From an uncultured Acidimicrobiaceae bacterium (GTDB lineage Bacteria; Actinomycetota; Acidimicrobiia; Acidimicrobiales; RAAP-2): a stretch of 64,000 bases of DNA. The notes beneath the pieces were generated by a model, which had not been told where the DNA came from, did not search any database, and saw only the letters and a program-made list of their open reading frames with translations. Made by a program: the position numbers and the translations under genes. Positions within the stretch are counted from its first letter, which is position 1. Every line of letters begins with the position of its first letter. The stretch is from assembly GCA_963794145.1 (NCBI GenBank), contig CAWCCM010000001.1, forward strand, positions 62,910-126,909, read 5' to 3'. Shown one piece after another: positions 8,658-18,649 of this stretch.

Positions 8658-9866
8658 TTGACGGCGCAGGACGACCCGCAGGAGGAGACGCCCGAGGAGC
8701 AGCCATCTCCTGCCGAGGCAGGCCCCGTCGCGGCGGAGGGCCCCGACACGGAGGGCGAAGGTGTCTCGGCACGGTTCACCGAGCAGATCGAGCAGGACGT
8801 CGCGTCACCGCTGCCGTGGCGGTCCATCGCGAAGAAGACCGTCATGGCGGTGGTGGCCGGCATCGTCATCTACCTGCTCTTCCCCAGCCTGGTCGAGGTC
8901 TTCAGCTCGTACCCGAGGCTGACCCACCTCGACCCCATCTGGTTCGTCATCGCCCTGCTCCTCCAGGTGGGCCACTTCACGTGCACCATCGGCCTGCAAC
9001 GCATCGCACTGCGCACCAAGGCGTGGTACTCGGTGGCCACGTCGCAGCTGACCGGCAACGCCATCAGCCTCATCGTGCCCGGCGGGGCGGCGTTCGGGGC
9101 GGCCACGCAGTTCCGGATGCTGGCTGCCTCGGGCAACGACACGGCCACGGCCGTCGGGGGGCTCACGGCCTTCTCGCTGCTCGGGATCGGGGGCCTGCTC
9201 GCCCTCCCCGTGTTCGTGCTGCCGGCCATCCTGGCCGGCACGCCGATCCACTCGAGCCTCGAGCATGCCGCGCTGCTCGGGCTCGTGGCGTTCGTGCTCT
9301 TCGCCGGCTTCGGTGCCATCGTGCTGATGACCGACAAGCCGATGCGCTGGGCGGGGCGAGCGATCCAGTCGGTGCGCAACCGACTGAAGCGCAAGGCACC
9401 GCCTCTCCACGGGCTGCCCGACCGCCTGGTGTACGAGCGTGACCGCATACGCGGCGTCCTCGGGCAGCGCTGGAAGGCGGCGACGCTGCTGAGCAGCGGC
9501 CGCCTGTTCCTCGACTTCGGCACGTTGCTGGCCTGCATCCGGGCCACGGGAGCCAAGCCCAACCCTTCGCTGGTGCTGCTGGCCTACGCCGTGGCCGGGC
9601 TGCTCGCCCTGATCCCCATCACGCCAGGTGGCCTCGGGATCGTGGAGGCCGGGCTCTCCGCGCTGCTTGTCCTGGCGAACGTCCCCGCGACCGACGCCGT
9701 GGTGGCCACGCTGGCGTACCGCATCATCTCGTACTGGCTGCCGATCTTCGTCGGACCGGTGGCCTACATCCTCTTCCGCCTCCGCTACGGGCCGCCGAGA
9801 GCCTCGGACACGACAGGCGGTGGGTCGGACCGGGGCCCGGGCGGCACCGCGTTGGCCACCGGATAG
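8658..9866 (+). CDS. Lysylphosphatidylglycerol-synthase-TM-like (UPF0104, flippase-like) integral membrane protein.
   Basis: A 402-aa polytopic ORF with LQRIALRTKAWYSVATSQLTGNAISLIVPGGAAFGAATQFRML and ITPGGLGIVEAGL. The TTG start at 8658 is uncertain. Confidence 0.8.
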   Translation: MTAQDDPQEETPEEQPSPAEAGPVAAEGPDTEGEGVSARFTEQIEQDVASPLPWRSIAKKTVMAVVAGIVIYLLFPSLVEVFSSYPRLTHLDPIWFVIALLLQVGHFTCTIGLQRIALRTKAWYSVATSQLTGNAISLIVPGGAAFGAATQFRMLAASGNDTATAVGGLTAFSLLGIGGLLALPVFVLPAILAGTPIHSSLEHAALLGLVAFVLFAGFGAIVLMTDKPMRWAGRAIQSVRNRLKRKAPPLHGLPDRLVYERDRIRGVLGQRWKAATLLSSGRLFLDFGTLLACIRATGAKPNPSLVLLAYAVAGLLALIPITPGGLGIVEAGLSALLVLANVPATDAVVATLAYRIISYWLPIFVGPVAYILFRLRYGPPRASDTTGGGSDRGPGGTALATG

Positions 9867-9877
9867 ACGGTCCGGCC

Positions 9878-11688
9878 GTGGAGCTCGTTTTCACCGAAGT
9901 GGCGGCGACCGTCGCCCCTGCCGGCTCGCCCGGCACCGAGGTGCGCGCACCGCTCGGCGGAGACCCGGCGGCGCGTACCGTGCTCGGCGTCGGCCCGGTC
10001 GAGATGACGCTCGAGCGTCACGCGGCGGGCTTCATGTGGTCGGTGGCCAACCGCGGGGACGGCGCGGTGCCGCTGCGCAACGTCGCGGTGGTGCTGCGCG
10101 TCGAGGGCGTGACCGAACCGCTGCGCATGTTCCGGCACGGCTACCAGTCGTGGTCCTCCTCGGGGGTGGTGGTGCTGGGCCAGCACCGTGACCCGTCGCA
10201 GCGGGCCGACTTCCCGTTCATTCAGGGCGTCTACCACGCGGATGCGCAACGCGTGCCCGAGGGCGAGGTGCGCTCCGAGTGGTGCACGGCGCTCGACGAC
10301 GCGGCGCCCGGGGGGCCGCGCTCGTCCTCGGGTTCGACGGAGGGGACCGCCACGACGGGACCTTCCGCCTGAGGCGCACCGCGACCAGCGCGATCGAGCT
10401 GTCGGTCGAGGCCTTCCTCGGCGGTGCCGTCCTCGGTCCTGGGGAGGAGCGGCCGTTGCACGGCGTCTCCTGGTCGCGCGCCGGAACCCACGCCACCGTG
10501 CCGGAGCTGCTGGCGGGCTGGGCGGCGGGGGTGGGCCGCGCCGCCGGCGCGCGTGTGCGGGCACCGTTCCGGGTCGGCTGGTGCAGCTGGTACCACTACT
10601 TCGACGCGGTGACCGAGGACGACCTGCGGGCCAACCTGGCCCGGTCCGCCGACTGGCCGTTCGACGTCTTCCAGCTCGACGACGGCTACCAGGCCGCCAT
10701 CGGCGACTGGCGGGACACCAACGACACGTTCCCCTCGAGCCTGGAGTCTCTGGCCGCCGACATCTCGGCCGGCGGTCGCCAACCCGGGCTCTGGCTCGCC
10801 CCCTTCCTGGTCGCTCCCGATTCGGAGGTGGCTCGCGCGCATCCCGACTGGGTCGCCCGCGCGCCCTCTCCCGACGGCGCGCCGGGGCCCGGCGCGACGG
10901 GTGAGCCCCTCCGCAGCTGGTGGAACCCGGCCTGGGGAGGTGGCGAGCAGGGCTTCATGTACAGCCTCGACACCACGCATCCCGACGTGCTGGCCCACCT
11001 CGAGGCGTTGGCCCGCGACCTGGTCGGGGCCGGCTTCGACTACCTCAAGCTGGACTTCACGTTCGCCCCGGGCGTCGACGGGCGGTGGCACGACCCGGCG
11101 CGGACGGCGGCCGAGCGGGTGCGGGCGGGGTTCGAGGCCTTCCGGCGCGGCGCGGGTGAGGATGCCTTCCTCCTCGGTTGCGGCGTGCCCCTGGCCAACG
11201 TGGTCGGTCTGGTCGACGCCAATCGCATCGGCGCCGACGTGGCGCCGTGCTGGGAGCTCGACGCGTCCCGAGAGATCGTGGCCGGGTATCTCGACATCCA
11301 GCCGGCCACCCGTTCGGCTTACGCGGCGACGGTCTCCCGGTCGTTCCTGCACCGCAATCTGTGGGTCAACGATCCCGACTGCGTCATGCTCCGCACAGCG
11401 GAGACGGAGCTCAGCCCCGTCGCAGCCACCACCTGGGCCCGCTGCGTCGGTGTCTCGGGCGGCCTCGTCGTGGTCTCCGACGACCTCTCGCTTCTCGGCC
11501 CCGACGCACGGCGACTCCTCGACGAGGTGGTGGAGCTCGGGCAGGCCAGCGACGCCGCGGCGATCGCCGGCACGCCACCGTCCGCGCCCGATCTCATGGA
11601 CCACGCCGTGCCGACCGTGCTGTCGGGCGGTGGCCACGAGCTCGTCACCGACCCGGCAGGAGGCAGCTCCGAGCTCCGGACTGTGTGA
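9878..11688 (+). pseudogene. GH36-family alpha-galactosidase interrupted by one frameshift near 10308-10315 (ccc/gggggg run). This is either a pseudogene or an assembly indel.
   Basis: The N-terminal part lies in ORF 9878..10372 (...FRHGYQSWSSS...SEWCTALDDAAPGG). It continues in ORF 10279..11688 (AALVLGFDGGDRHDGTFRL...RVGWCSWYHYFDAVTEDDL...FQLDDGYQAAIGDW...WVNDPDC). Confidence 0.8.
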
Positions 11689-11700
11689 GCCGGCGCCCGG

Positions 11701-13270
11701 TCAGCGCGCCCCGACGCGGGCGTTGTAGCTCTGGATCGCCGTGTTGGCCTCACCCTGGGCGAAGTTGGCCGCCGACTTGTACGAGGCGCCGTTAGCCGCC
11801 ATCTGCTCGAGCCCGTCGGCCACGGCGTTGCGCACGCCCTGGTAGTTCCCGATGAGCGAACCGATGTTGGCGTTGCTGAGGCGGCCCGTCGTGAGCTGGG
11901 TCCAGGCCGTCTCGTAATTGGGGTCGGCCGCCCACTTGCTCGCCAGCTGCGGCAGCTTGGTGGCCGAGATGCGGGTGGGCACGCACCCGCTGATGGCGGC
12001 CAGGGCCGCCTGTGCCTGCGGCGTCTCGAGGTACTGGATCAGCTGCCAGGCCGCGGCGCGCTGCGCCGGCGAGGCGTGTGCGGTGATCCACAGGGAGCCG
12101 TCGCCCACCGGCACGCCGCCGCCGGTGGTGAGCGCGGGCAGGGGCGCCGTCTTGATGACCACACCCGGGTATTGGCCCGAGGCCAGCACGGCCTCGGCCG
12201 GGCCGATCACGCTCGAGGCCTCGAAGGTCATGGCGGCGTTGCCCGTCGCCAGCGCGACGAGGTGGTCGATGTTGTTGGGGCCGGAACCGGTGGGGAGGGC
12301 CAGCTTCGAGGTAAGCATCTGGCTCCACCACTTCCACACGCGCAGGGCGGTGGAACCGGTCAGCCCGGCCTTGGTGGCGCGGGTGGCGCGCCCATTGCCG
12401 TTGTTGACGTACATGCCGCCGCTCTTGGCCAGCAGGAACTCGTACACGTACGGCTTGGCGGGCAGTGCCACCCCGTGCGTGGCGGCATGCGTGGCCACGA
12501 TCTTCTGCGCGTCGGTGGTCACCTGCGCGAACGTCTGCGGCGGGTTGTTCGGGTCGAGTCCGGCCTTCTCGAAGATCTTCGGGTTGTAGTACATGATCAC
12601 GTTGGACACGTACCACGGCATCGACTGCTGGACGCCGCGGTAGCGGTAGAACGCCAGTGCCGCGGGGCAGGTAGTCGTTGAGCTTGGTATGGGTGGCCGC
12701 GATGCAGTCGGCCACGGGCACCGTGGACTGCGAGTCGACCAGTTGCTGGACCGTGGTGTCCTCGAACTGGCCCACCGTGGGCAGGTCCCCGCTGGTGAGC
12801 CCGGCCTTGTACTTCACGAACTCCGACGGATAGTCGGGCTGCTGCACCAGGGAGACCTTGACCTTGTGCTGGGAGGCGTTGAACTGCGCCACGGTGTCCT
12901 GCAGCCACGTGGCGTTGGACTGGGCCATCGTGTACCACATCGTGATCGGGACCGGCCCCTTGGCTTTGGCCAGAGCCGAGAGGCCACAGGCCGAGGGCAC
13001 GACCTTGGTGGCGGGCGGCGCCGTGGCGGCTCCGGCCGGACCGCCCGTCGTGGCGTAGCCCGACCCGGCGGCAACCACCGGGGCGAGGAGGACGCCCGCC
13101 ATCACCAGGAGCGCCGTCCCGCGCCGGCGCCGCCGGCACCTGCCCTCGGCGGGGCCCGGTGCCGTCTGTCTCGTCGCGGTGTCGTGTCCCATGTCCGTCG
13201 CTCCTTCTCTGGCGGTGTCGTGCGCGGCTCGTCCGTGCACGCCTTCCCCGTTCACACTCTGTCCGGTCAT
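11701..13270 (-). pseudogene. CUT1 sugar ABC transporter substrate-binding protein (Tat/lipoprotein-like leader) with one frameshift near 12660-12668 (cccc/gggg run).
   Basis: The N-terminal half lies inside ORF 11792..13933 (RRRRRGTALLVMAGVLLAP...PITMWYTMAQSNATWLQDTVAQFNASQHKVKVSLVQQPDY...KLNDYLP). The C-terminal half is ORF 11701..12621, where ALAFYRYRGVQQSMPWYVSNVIMYYNPKIFEKAGLDP lies 1 nt out of frame. The start is either ATG 13270 (an ATGA overlap with the upstream permease) or ATG 13192. Confidence 0.8.
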
Positions 13271-14208
13271 CCCTTCACCGCACCGGCGGTCAGCCCGCGC
13301 ACCAGCTGCTTCTCGAAGAGGATCAGCAGGACGAAGAGCGGCAGCGCGGCCAGCACGGTGCCGGCGAAGATGACGTTGAAGTTGTTCAGCTGGCTGTTGG
13401 CGAGGAACTTGAGTCCGATCTGCACCGTGCGCAAGCGGTCGTCCTTGGTGACGATGAGCGGCCACAGGTACTGACCGAAGGCGGAGAAGAAGCTGAAGAT
13501 GGCCAGTGCGGCGACGGCCGGGCGGGCGACGGGCAGCACGACGGAGCGTAGGAACCGCCAGTGGCCGGCCCCGTCCAGCTTCGACGCGTCGCGCAGGTCC
13601 GAGGGCAGGCCGAGGAAGGACTGGCGCAGCAGGAACGCCCCGAAGCCCGTGGCCAGGAAGGGCACGGTGAGCCCCAGGTACGAGTTGTACCAACCCAGGC
13701 TGACCACGGTGGAGAGGTTGGTGAGGAAGGTGACCTCGACGGGGACCATCATCGTGGCCAGGAACACGACGAAGAGCGTCCGGCGGAAGGGGAACTCCAA
13801 GAACGCGAAGGCGTAGGCCGCGGCGATGGACGTCACCAGCTCGCCGGCCACGATGACGGTCGTCACGATGAAGCTGTTGAGGAGGTAGCGACCGAGATGC
13901 CCCTGCGTCCACGCCGTGGAGTAGGCCGACCACTGGGGGTGGCGCGGGAAGAGGATCGGCGGCTTGGCCACGACCTGGTCGGGCCGCAACAGCGAGTCGA
14001 CCACGGTGATGTAGATGGGGAACAGCACGATCACGGCCAGCACCGTGAGGAGCAGGTAGCGGCCGACCAGCGCGGCGCGACGGCGGGCGACGGGGCTGCC
14101 GCGCCGCGAGGCCAGCAGCAAGGCCACCCCGACCAGGGAGGCGGCTCCGGCGACGACGAGGAAGTTCCGGAAGCCCGGGGCGAGTGAGGCCAGTGTCTCA
14201 GCGCTCAT
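13267..14208 (-). CDS. Sugar ABC transporter permease (MalG/UgpE-like).
   Basis: A 313-aa ORF with the EAA-loop region DASKLDGAGHWRFLRSVVLPVARPAVAALAIF and six predicted TM segments. Confidence 0.9.
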   Translation of the reverse strand: MSAETLASLAPGFRNFLVVAGAASLVGVALLLASRRGSPVARRRAALVGRYLLLTVLAVIVLFPIYITVVDSLLRPDQVVAKPPILFPRHPQWSAYSTAWTQGHLGRYLLNSFIVTTVIVAGELVTSIAAAYAFAFLEFPFRRTLFVVFLATMMVPVEVTFLTNLSTVVSLGWYNSYLGLTVPFLATGFGAFLLRQSFLGLPSDLRDASKLDGAGHWRFLRSVVLPVARPAVAALAIFSFFSAFGQYLWPLIVTKDDRLRTVQIGLKFLANSQLNNFNVIFAGTVLAALPLFVLLILFEKQLVRGLTAGAVKG

Positions 14209-15151
14209 AGGTCACCCGCCGTTCGAGCAGCCGGATCTGGACCAGCGTGAAGACGAGGGTGATGATGAACAGGGCGACCGTCATCACGGCGGCACGGCCC
14301 TGGTCGTTCACGCTGAAGACCTCGTTGTATATGGCGTACACGAGCACGTTCGTGTGCTGCAGCGGCCCACCCTGGGTGAGGATGTCGATCTGGCCGAACG
14401 CCTCCAGCGAGAGGATCGTGCCCACCACGATGGCGAAGAAGAGCGTGGGGGAGAGCATGGGCAGGATCACGTGGCGCAGGCGCGCCCAGGCGCGCGCACC
14501 GTCGACGCGGGACGCCTCGAGCAGGTCGTCGGGCACTGCCTGGAGCCCGGCCGACATCACGATGAACGACAGCCCCAGGTTCTGCCAGATGGTCACCGCC
14601 GAGACGGCGACGAGCGCCCAGCGCGGGTCGTCGAGGAGCGAGAGCCGGCCGGTGGTGCCGAACCAGTAGCTGAACAGCCCGATCTGGGGGTTGAGCAGCG
14701 TGAAGAAGATCACCGAGGCCACGGCGACCGAGGTGGCCACGGTCGAGGAGAAGATCGTCCGGTAGACGCGGATGCCGGCCAACTGCTGATGGGCCAGCAC
14801 GGCGAGCAGCAGTCCGAGGACCAGCCCGACGGGCACTGTGTAGAGGACGAAGAGCAGGGTCACCCAGATGCTGTTGAGGAAGTCGTGCGAGCTGAGGACG
14901 CTCGAGATCTGCGACACGCCCACGAAGTGCTTGGGCTGGCCCGGGAAGGGCGGCGTCTCGAAGAACGACAGGTAGATCTGGCGCACCAGCGGGTAGAAGA
15001 CGAACACGCCGAAGAGGACGAGCGAAGGCGCCAGCAGGGCCAGGGCCAGGAGGCCCTGGTGGACCCGGCGCCGCCGCCGCCGGGTCGGGCACGCGCCGCG
15101 CCGTGGCCTCGGCGGCCCGGGGGCCACGGCGTCGAGGACCCCCGGCTCCAT
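14198..15151 (-). CDS. Sugar ABC transporter permease (MalF/UgpA-like).
   Basis: ORF 14198..15217. The ATG at 15151 overlaps the ATPase stop as TGATG. The motif EASRVDGARAWARLRHVILPMLSPTLFF is present. Confidence 0.85.
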   Translation of the reverse strand: MEPGVLDAVAPGPPRPRRGACPTRRRRRRVHQGLLALALLAPSLVLFGVFVFYPLVRQIYLSFFETPPFPGQPKHFVGVSQISSVLSSHDFLNSIWVTLLFVLYTVPVGLVLGLLLAVLAHQQLAGIRVYRTIFSSTVATSVAVASVIFFTLLNPQIGLFSYWFGTTGRLSLLDDPRWALVAVSAVTIWQNLGLSFIVMSAGLQAVPDDLLEASRVDGARAWARLRHVILPMLSPTLFFAIVVGTILSLEAFGQIDILTQGGPLQHTNVLVYAIYNEVFSVNDQGRAAVMTVALFIITLVFTLVQIRLLERRVTYER

Positions 15152-16287
15152 CAGGAGATGCCCTCCCCGTTGGCCGCGTCGAAGAGGTGGATCCGGTGCG
15201 GGTCGGCGTCGAGGCACACCACCTCACCCTCGTGGGGCACCGGGTCCTCCGGCGAGCTCCGCAAGATCACCTGCTGGCCGTCGTCGAGGCGGCACACGAC
15301 GTGGTTCTCGTAGCCCAGTGCCTCGACCACGGCGACGGTGGCGCGCAGGGGGCCGTCGGGACCGAGCGCGATGTGCTCGGGGCGCAATCCGGCCACCACG
15401 GTTGTCGCCCCGCTGCGGCGCACGGCGTCCTGCTGTGCCGGCGTGAGGTCGATCGCGCCGCTCGACGTCTCGATCACGATCGACGCGAAGCGGTCGACCG
15501 GGGTTCCGCGCAGCGTGTTCATGGGCGGGTTGCCGATGAACCCGGCCACGAAGAGGTTGGCCGGGCGGTCGTAGATCTCGGTGGGCGTGCCCACCTGCTG
15601 GATCACGCCCTTGTCCATGACGGCCACCCGGTGGCCCATGGTCATGCCCTCGACCTGGTCGTGGGTGACGTAGATGACCGTGGTGGCCAGCCGTCGTTGC
15701 AGCTCGATCAGCTCGGTGCGGGTCTGGGTGCGCAACTTGGCGTCGAGGTTGGAGAGCGGCTCGTCCATCAGGAACGCCTCGGGCCGGCGCACGATGGCGC
15801 GCGCGAGCGCGACGCGCTGTCGCTGGCCGCCTGACATCTGGGCCGGCCGGCGGTCGAGCACCTCGCCCAGTTCGAGTGCCTCGGCCACCTCGGCCACCCG
15901 CGCCTCGCGCTCCTCCTTGGGCATCCGCTGGTTCTTGAGGGGGAAGTCGATGTTCCGCCGGGCCGTCATCTGGGGATAGAGCGCGTAGCTCTGGAAGACC
16001 ATGGCCACGTCGCGCTCGTTGGGCTCCATGTCGTTCACCGCGTGCCCGCCGATCTCGATCGTCCCCTCGGTGGGCGACTCGAGGCCCACGATCAGGCGCA
16101 GCACGGTCGACTTGCCGCAGCCCGAGGGGCCGAGCAGGACCAGGAACTCCTTGTCGGCGATGTCGAGGGTCACGTTGCGCACGGCGACGACGTCGCCGAA
16201 CCGCTTCGTGACATCCCGCAGGGCGACCTCGCTCACTACGACACCTTGGCCGGGAACGACCGCTTCCTGTAGGGCCGAAGGCCCCAT
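15151..16287 (-). CDS. ABC transporter ATP-binding protein (MalK/UgpC-like).
   Basis: Walker A is [11 protein letters not shown], the signature is [15 protein letters not shown], and Walker B is [13 protein letters not shown]-terminal regulatory TOBE-like domain follows. An alternative GTG start lies at 16236. Confidence 0.95.
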   Translation of the reverse strand: MGPSALQEAVVPGQGVVVSEVALRDVTKRFGDVVAVRNVTLDIADKEFLVLLGPSGCGKSTVLRLIVGLESPTEGTIEIGGHAVNDMEPNERDVAMVFQSYALYPQMTARRNIDFPLKNQRMPKEEREARVAEVAEALELGEVLDRRPAQMSGGQRQRVALARAIVRRPEAFLMDEPLSNLDAKLRTQTRTELIELQRRLATTVIYVTHDQVEGMTMGHRVAVMDKGVIQQVGTPTEIYDRPANLFVAGFIGNPPMNTLRGTPVDRFASIVIETSSGAIDLTPAQQDAVRRSGATTVVAGLRPEHIALGPDGPLRATVAVVEALGYENHVVCRLDDGQQVILRSSPEDPVPHEGEVVCLDADPHRIHLFDAANGEGIS

Positions 16288-16311
16288 CGCGCCCGTCCAC
16301 GACGGACGCGC

Positions 16312-17085
16312 TCAGGCCATGACCTGCTCCAACGCCGACACGGTGGCGGCCCACGCCGGGCCACCGGGGTCGACGAGGTCGCGGTGGCCCACGCCCTCGA
16401 GCGGCACATACCGGGCCGGGTCGCCGAGCCTCTGAGCCGTGCGGCAGTACGTCTCGCTCATGGCCGGCGGCACCACGCGGTCGTCGAGGCCGTGGACGAG
16501 GACCTGGGGCACGCCGATGGGAAGGCGCGCCGACGGTGACGCCTGCCGGTACCGCTCCGGGTGATCGGCGCAGTGGCCACCCAGGAAGGCGGCGGTGGCG
16601 TCGTTGCCCAGCCCGAGGCGGTCGGCCTCCTCGAGGTCGACGATGCCGGCGAGGGAGACGGCCACTTGCGGCCGGACCCGCGGTGGGGTCGCTCCGCCGG
16701 CCACCCGTCCGTCACGGCGCCCCGCCACCCAGAGGGCCAGCTGGCCTCCCGCCGAGTGCCCGACGGTGGCCACGCGGCCCAGGTCGAGCCCGGGCAGCGC
16801 GGCCAGGTGGTCCACGGCGGCCGCCACGTCCCTGAGCGCACGGGACCACGAGCCCTCCCGCGCGGCCGGGGCAACCCTGGCGTACTCGATGTTCCAGGCC
16901 GCCCAGCCGTGTGCCTGCACCGACGAGGCCAGCCTGCGCATGAGCACCTTGGTGTAGGCGAAGCGCCAGAAGCCGCCGTGGATGAGGACCACCACCGGCA
17001 ACGGCGCCGTGACGCGCGTCGGACGCCACAGCTCGGCCACGTTGCACCGGGCCGGTCCGTAGCGGACGTGGGCGCGCCGCTTCAT
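16312..17085 (-). CDS. Alpha/beta hydrolase (esterase/lipase, arylformamidase-like).
   Basis: An HGG oxyanion motif (VVVLIHGGFW) and a nucleophile elbow (VGHSAGGQLA) are present. ATG 17085 is preferred; GTG 17103 is also possible. Confidence 0.8.
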   Translation of the reverse strand: MKRRAHVRYGPARCNVAELWRPTRVTAPLPVVVLIHGGFWRFAYTKVLMRRLASSVQAHGWAAWNIEYARVAPAAREGSWSRALRDVAAAVDHLAALPGLDLGRVATVGHSAGGQLALWVAGRRDGRVAGGATPPRVRPQVAVSLAGIVDLEEADRLGLGNDATAAFLGGHCADHPERYRQASPSARLPIGVPQVLVHGLDDRVVPPAMSETYCRTAQRLGDPARYVPLEGVGHRDLVDPGGPAWAATVSALEQVMA

Positions 17086-17106
17086 TGGCGCACTCTCACG
17101 CACGCC

Positions 17107-18450
17107 TCACACGGGCTCGAGGAGCACGGAGGCCGCGCGCACGACGGCGTCGCGGTGTGCGGCCACCGACGCGAGGACGTCCCCCCGGTCCCGGGTGGCC
17201 CGGACCGCCTCGACGAGATCGCCGACGCGCCGGATCCGCTCGTAGAGGCGCACATCGAGGTAGCCGCACACCGGAGCGCCGACGGCCACGGCCACGCCCC
17301 ACAGGGCGCCGGCGCGCAGGCCGACGAGGATGGCCAGTGCGAGGTAGGTGAGCACGAAGCCCGAGAAACAGCCGAGCAGCTTGACCGTCGCCTTCATCCC
17401 CTCGTTCGCCGGCCGCTTCGCGACCTGCTTGACGACGAGGAACGGGATGGCGTGGACGACCACGCCGAGGAGGGCGAACGGGAGAGCGACCGCGACCTCG
17501 AGCAGTGAGCGCACCAGGGCGCGGCGGATCCCCGCCGTGCCGGCGGCCACCACCTGGGCGTCGCTCAGGCCGAGCAGGGCGAGATCCCGGCGGTACGCGT
17601 GCATGGCCTGGTCCAGCTCGGCAGAGCGCGCTCCGCGCGCCGTGTCCTCGTCGAGTGACGCCAGCCGGTCGGCCATGGCGGAGCGGCGGGCCAGATCGAC
17701 GTCGGCGGTGTCTCCGGTGCTGCCGGCGGCCGGGCACCGCAGGAGGATCTCGGCGACCTGCGCCAGCATCTCGGCCTGCTCCCACGAGGCGTAGGGGGGA
17801 CTTACCTCGCCGAGCTGCAGGGCGACCGCGGTGGTGAGCTCCCTCACCGCTCCGCGGGCATCACGACGGTAGGCGTCGCTCCACCGGACGACGGGGACCG
17901 GTTCCCCGACGCGGACCAAGGCACGCGAGCGGAAGGTTGCCTTGTCGTCGTACACCAGGCCGACCGCCACGATCCGCACACCGCCGGTGACGGTCCCGGC
18001 CTCGCCGGCCTCTTCCTCGTCGCCGGTCTCGCTCTCCGCCTGGGCCTCGAGCGCGATGCGCGCCACCCCGGTGCGCAGCGGCTGGACCGAGGACTCGTCG
18101 TGGCTGATGCCCTCGGGGAAGATCGCCACGACGCCGCCGCCGCCGAGGAGCCTGGCCGACGCGGCGAAGGCGGACTCGTTGCCCGCCGTGGACCCGTCGG
18201 CGGCGCGGTGCACCGGGATCACTCCGGCCAGCGCCAGGAAGGGCCGGAGCGGCAGGATCTTGAACAGGGTGGACTTGCCGAGGAAGCGCGGGTAGCGCCG
18301 CAGCGTGGACATGAGCAGCAGCCCGTCGACGAGGCCGTTGGCGTGGTTGGAGACGACGATGACAGGGCCGTCGGGGGGGAGGCGGCCGGCACCTTCCGTC
18401 TCGATGCCCCGGAAGAAGATCCGGATCAGGACCCGGGCGAGGACGCGCAT
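17107..18450 (-). CDS. PlsC-family (lysophospholipid) acyltransferase with a long C-terminal extension that carries TM helices.
   Basis: ORF 17107..18834; the likely start is MRVLARVLIRIFF (ATG 18450). The H(x)4D motif is VVSNHANGLVD and the second motif is VAIFPEGISHDES. C-terminal hydrophobic segments include ALPFALLGVVVHAIPFLVV and LGCFSGFVLTYLALAILVGL. Confidence 0.85.
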   Translation of the reverse strand: MRVLARVLIRIFFRGIETEGAGRLPPDGPVIVVSNHANGLVDGLLLMSTLRRYPRFLGKSTLFKILPLRPFLALAGVIPVHRAADGSTAGNESAFAASARLLGGGGVVAIFPEGISHDESSVQPLRTGVARIALEAQAESETGDEEEAGEAGTVTGGVRIVAVGLVYDDKATFRSRALVRVGEPVPVVRWSDAYRRDARGAVRELTTAVALQLGEVSPPYASWEQAEMLAQVAEILLRCPAAGSTGDTADVDLARRSAMADRLASLDEDTARGARSAELDQAMHAYRRDLALLGLSDAQVVAAGTAGIRRALVRSLLEVAVALPFALLGVVVHAIPFLVVKQVAKRPANEGMKATVKLLGCFSGFVLTYLALAILVGLRAGALWGVAVAVGAPVCGYLDVRLYERIRRVGDLVEAVRATRDRGDVLASVAAHRDAVVRAASVLLEPV

Positions 18451-18540
18451 AACCGAATCGGACTGCCGGCGTCTGGCTCCTCCAGTGCGCGCGTGTCCCA
18501 CGCACGACCTTCGGTCCAGGCCGCCGCGCGGATCACTCGG

Positions 18541-18605
18541 CCTGCTCCGCCGTCTTGCTCCACCTGCAGGCTCCGTCTTGCCTGCTCCGTCTTGCCTGCT
18601 CCGTG
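18541..18605. repeat. Intergenic tandem repeat: ctccgtcttgcctg x2 (18571-18598), a partial third copy, and a degenerate upstream copy.
   Basis: Read directly from the sequence in the divergent region between the acyltransferase and the fucosidase. Confidence 0.8.
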
Positions 18606-18649
18606 AACGGCTCCCCGGGCCCGCTCGGAGCGACCGGCGCGTGGTGCAC

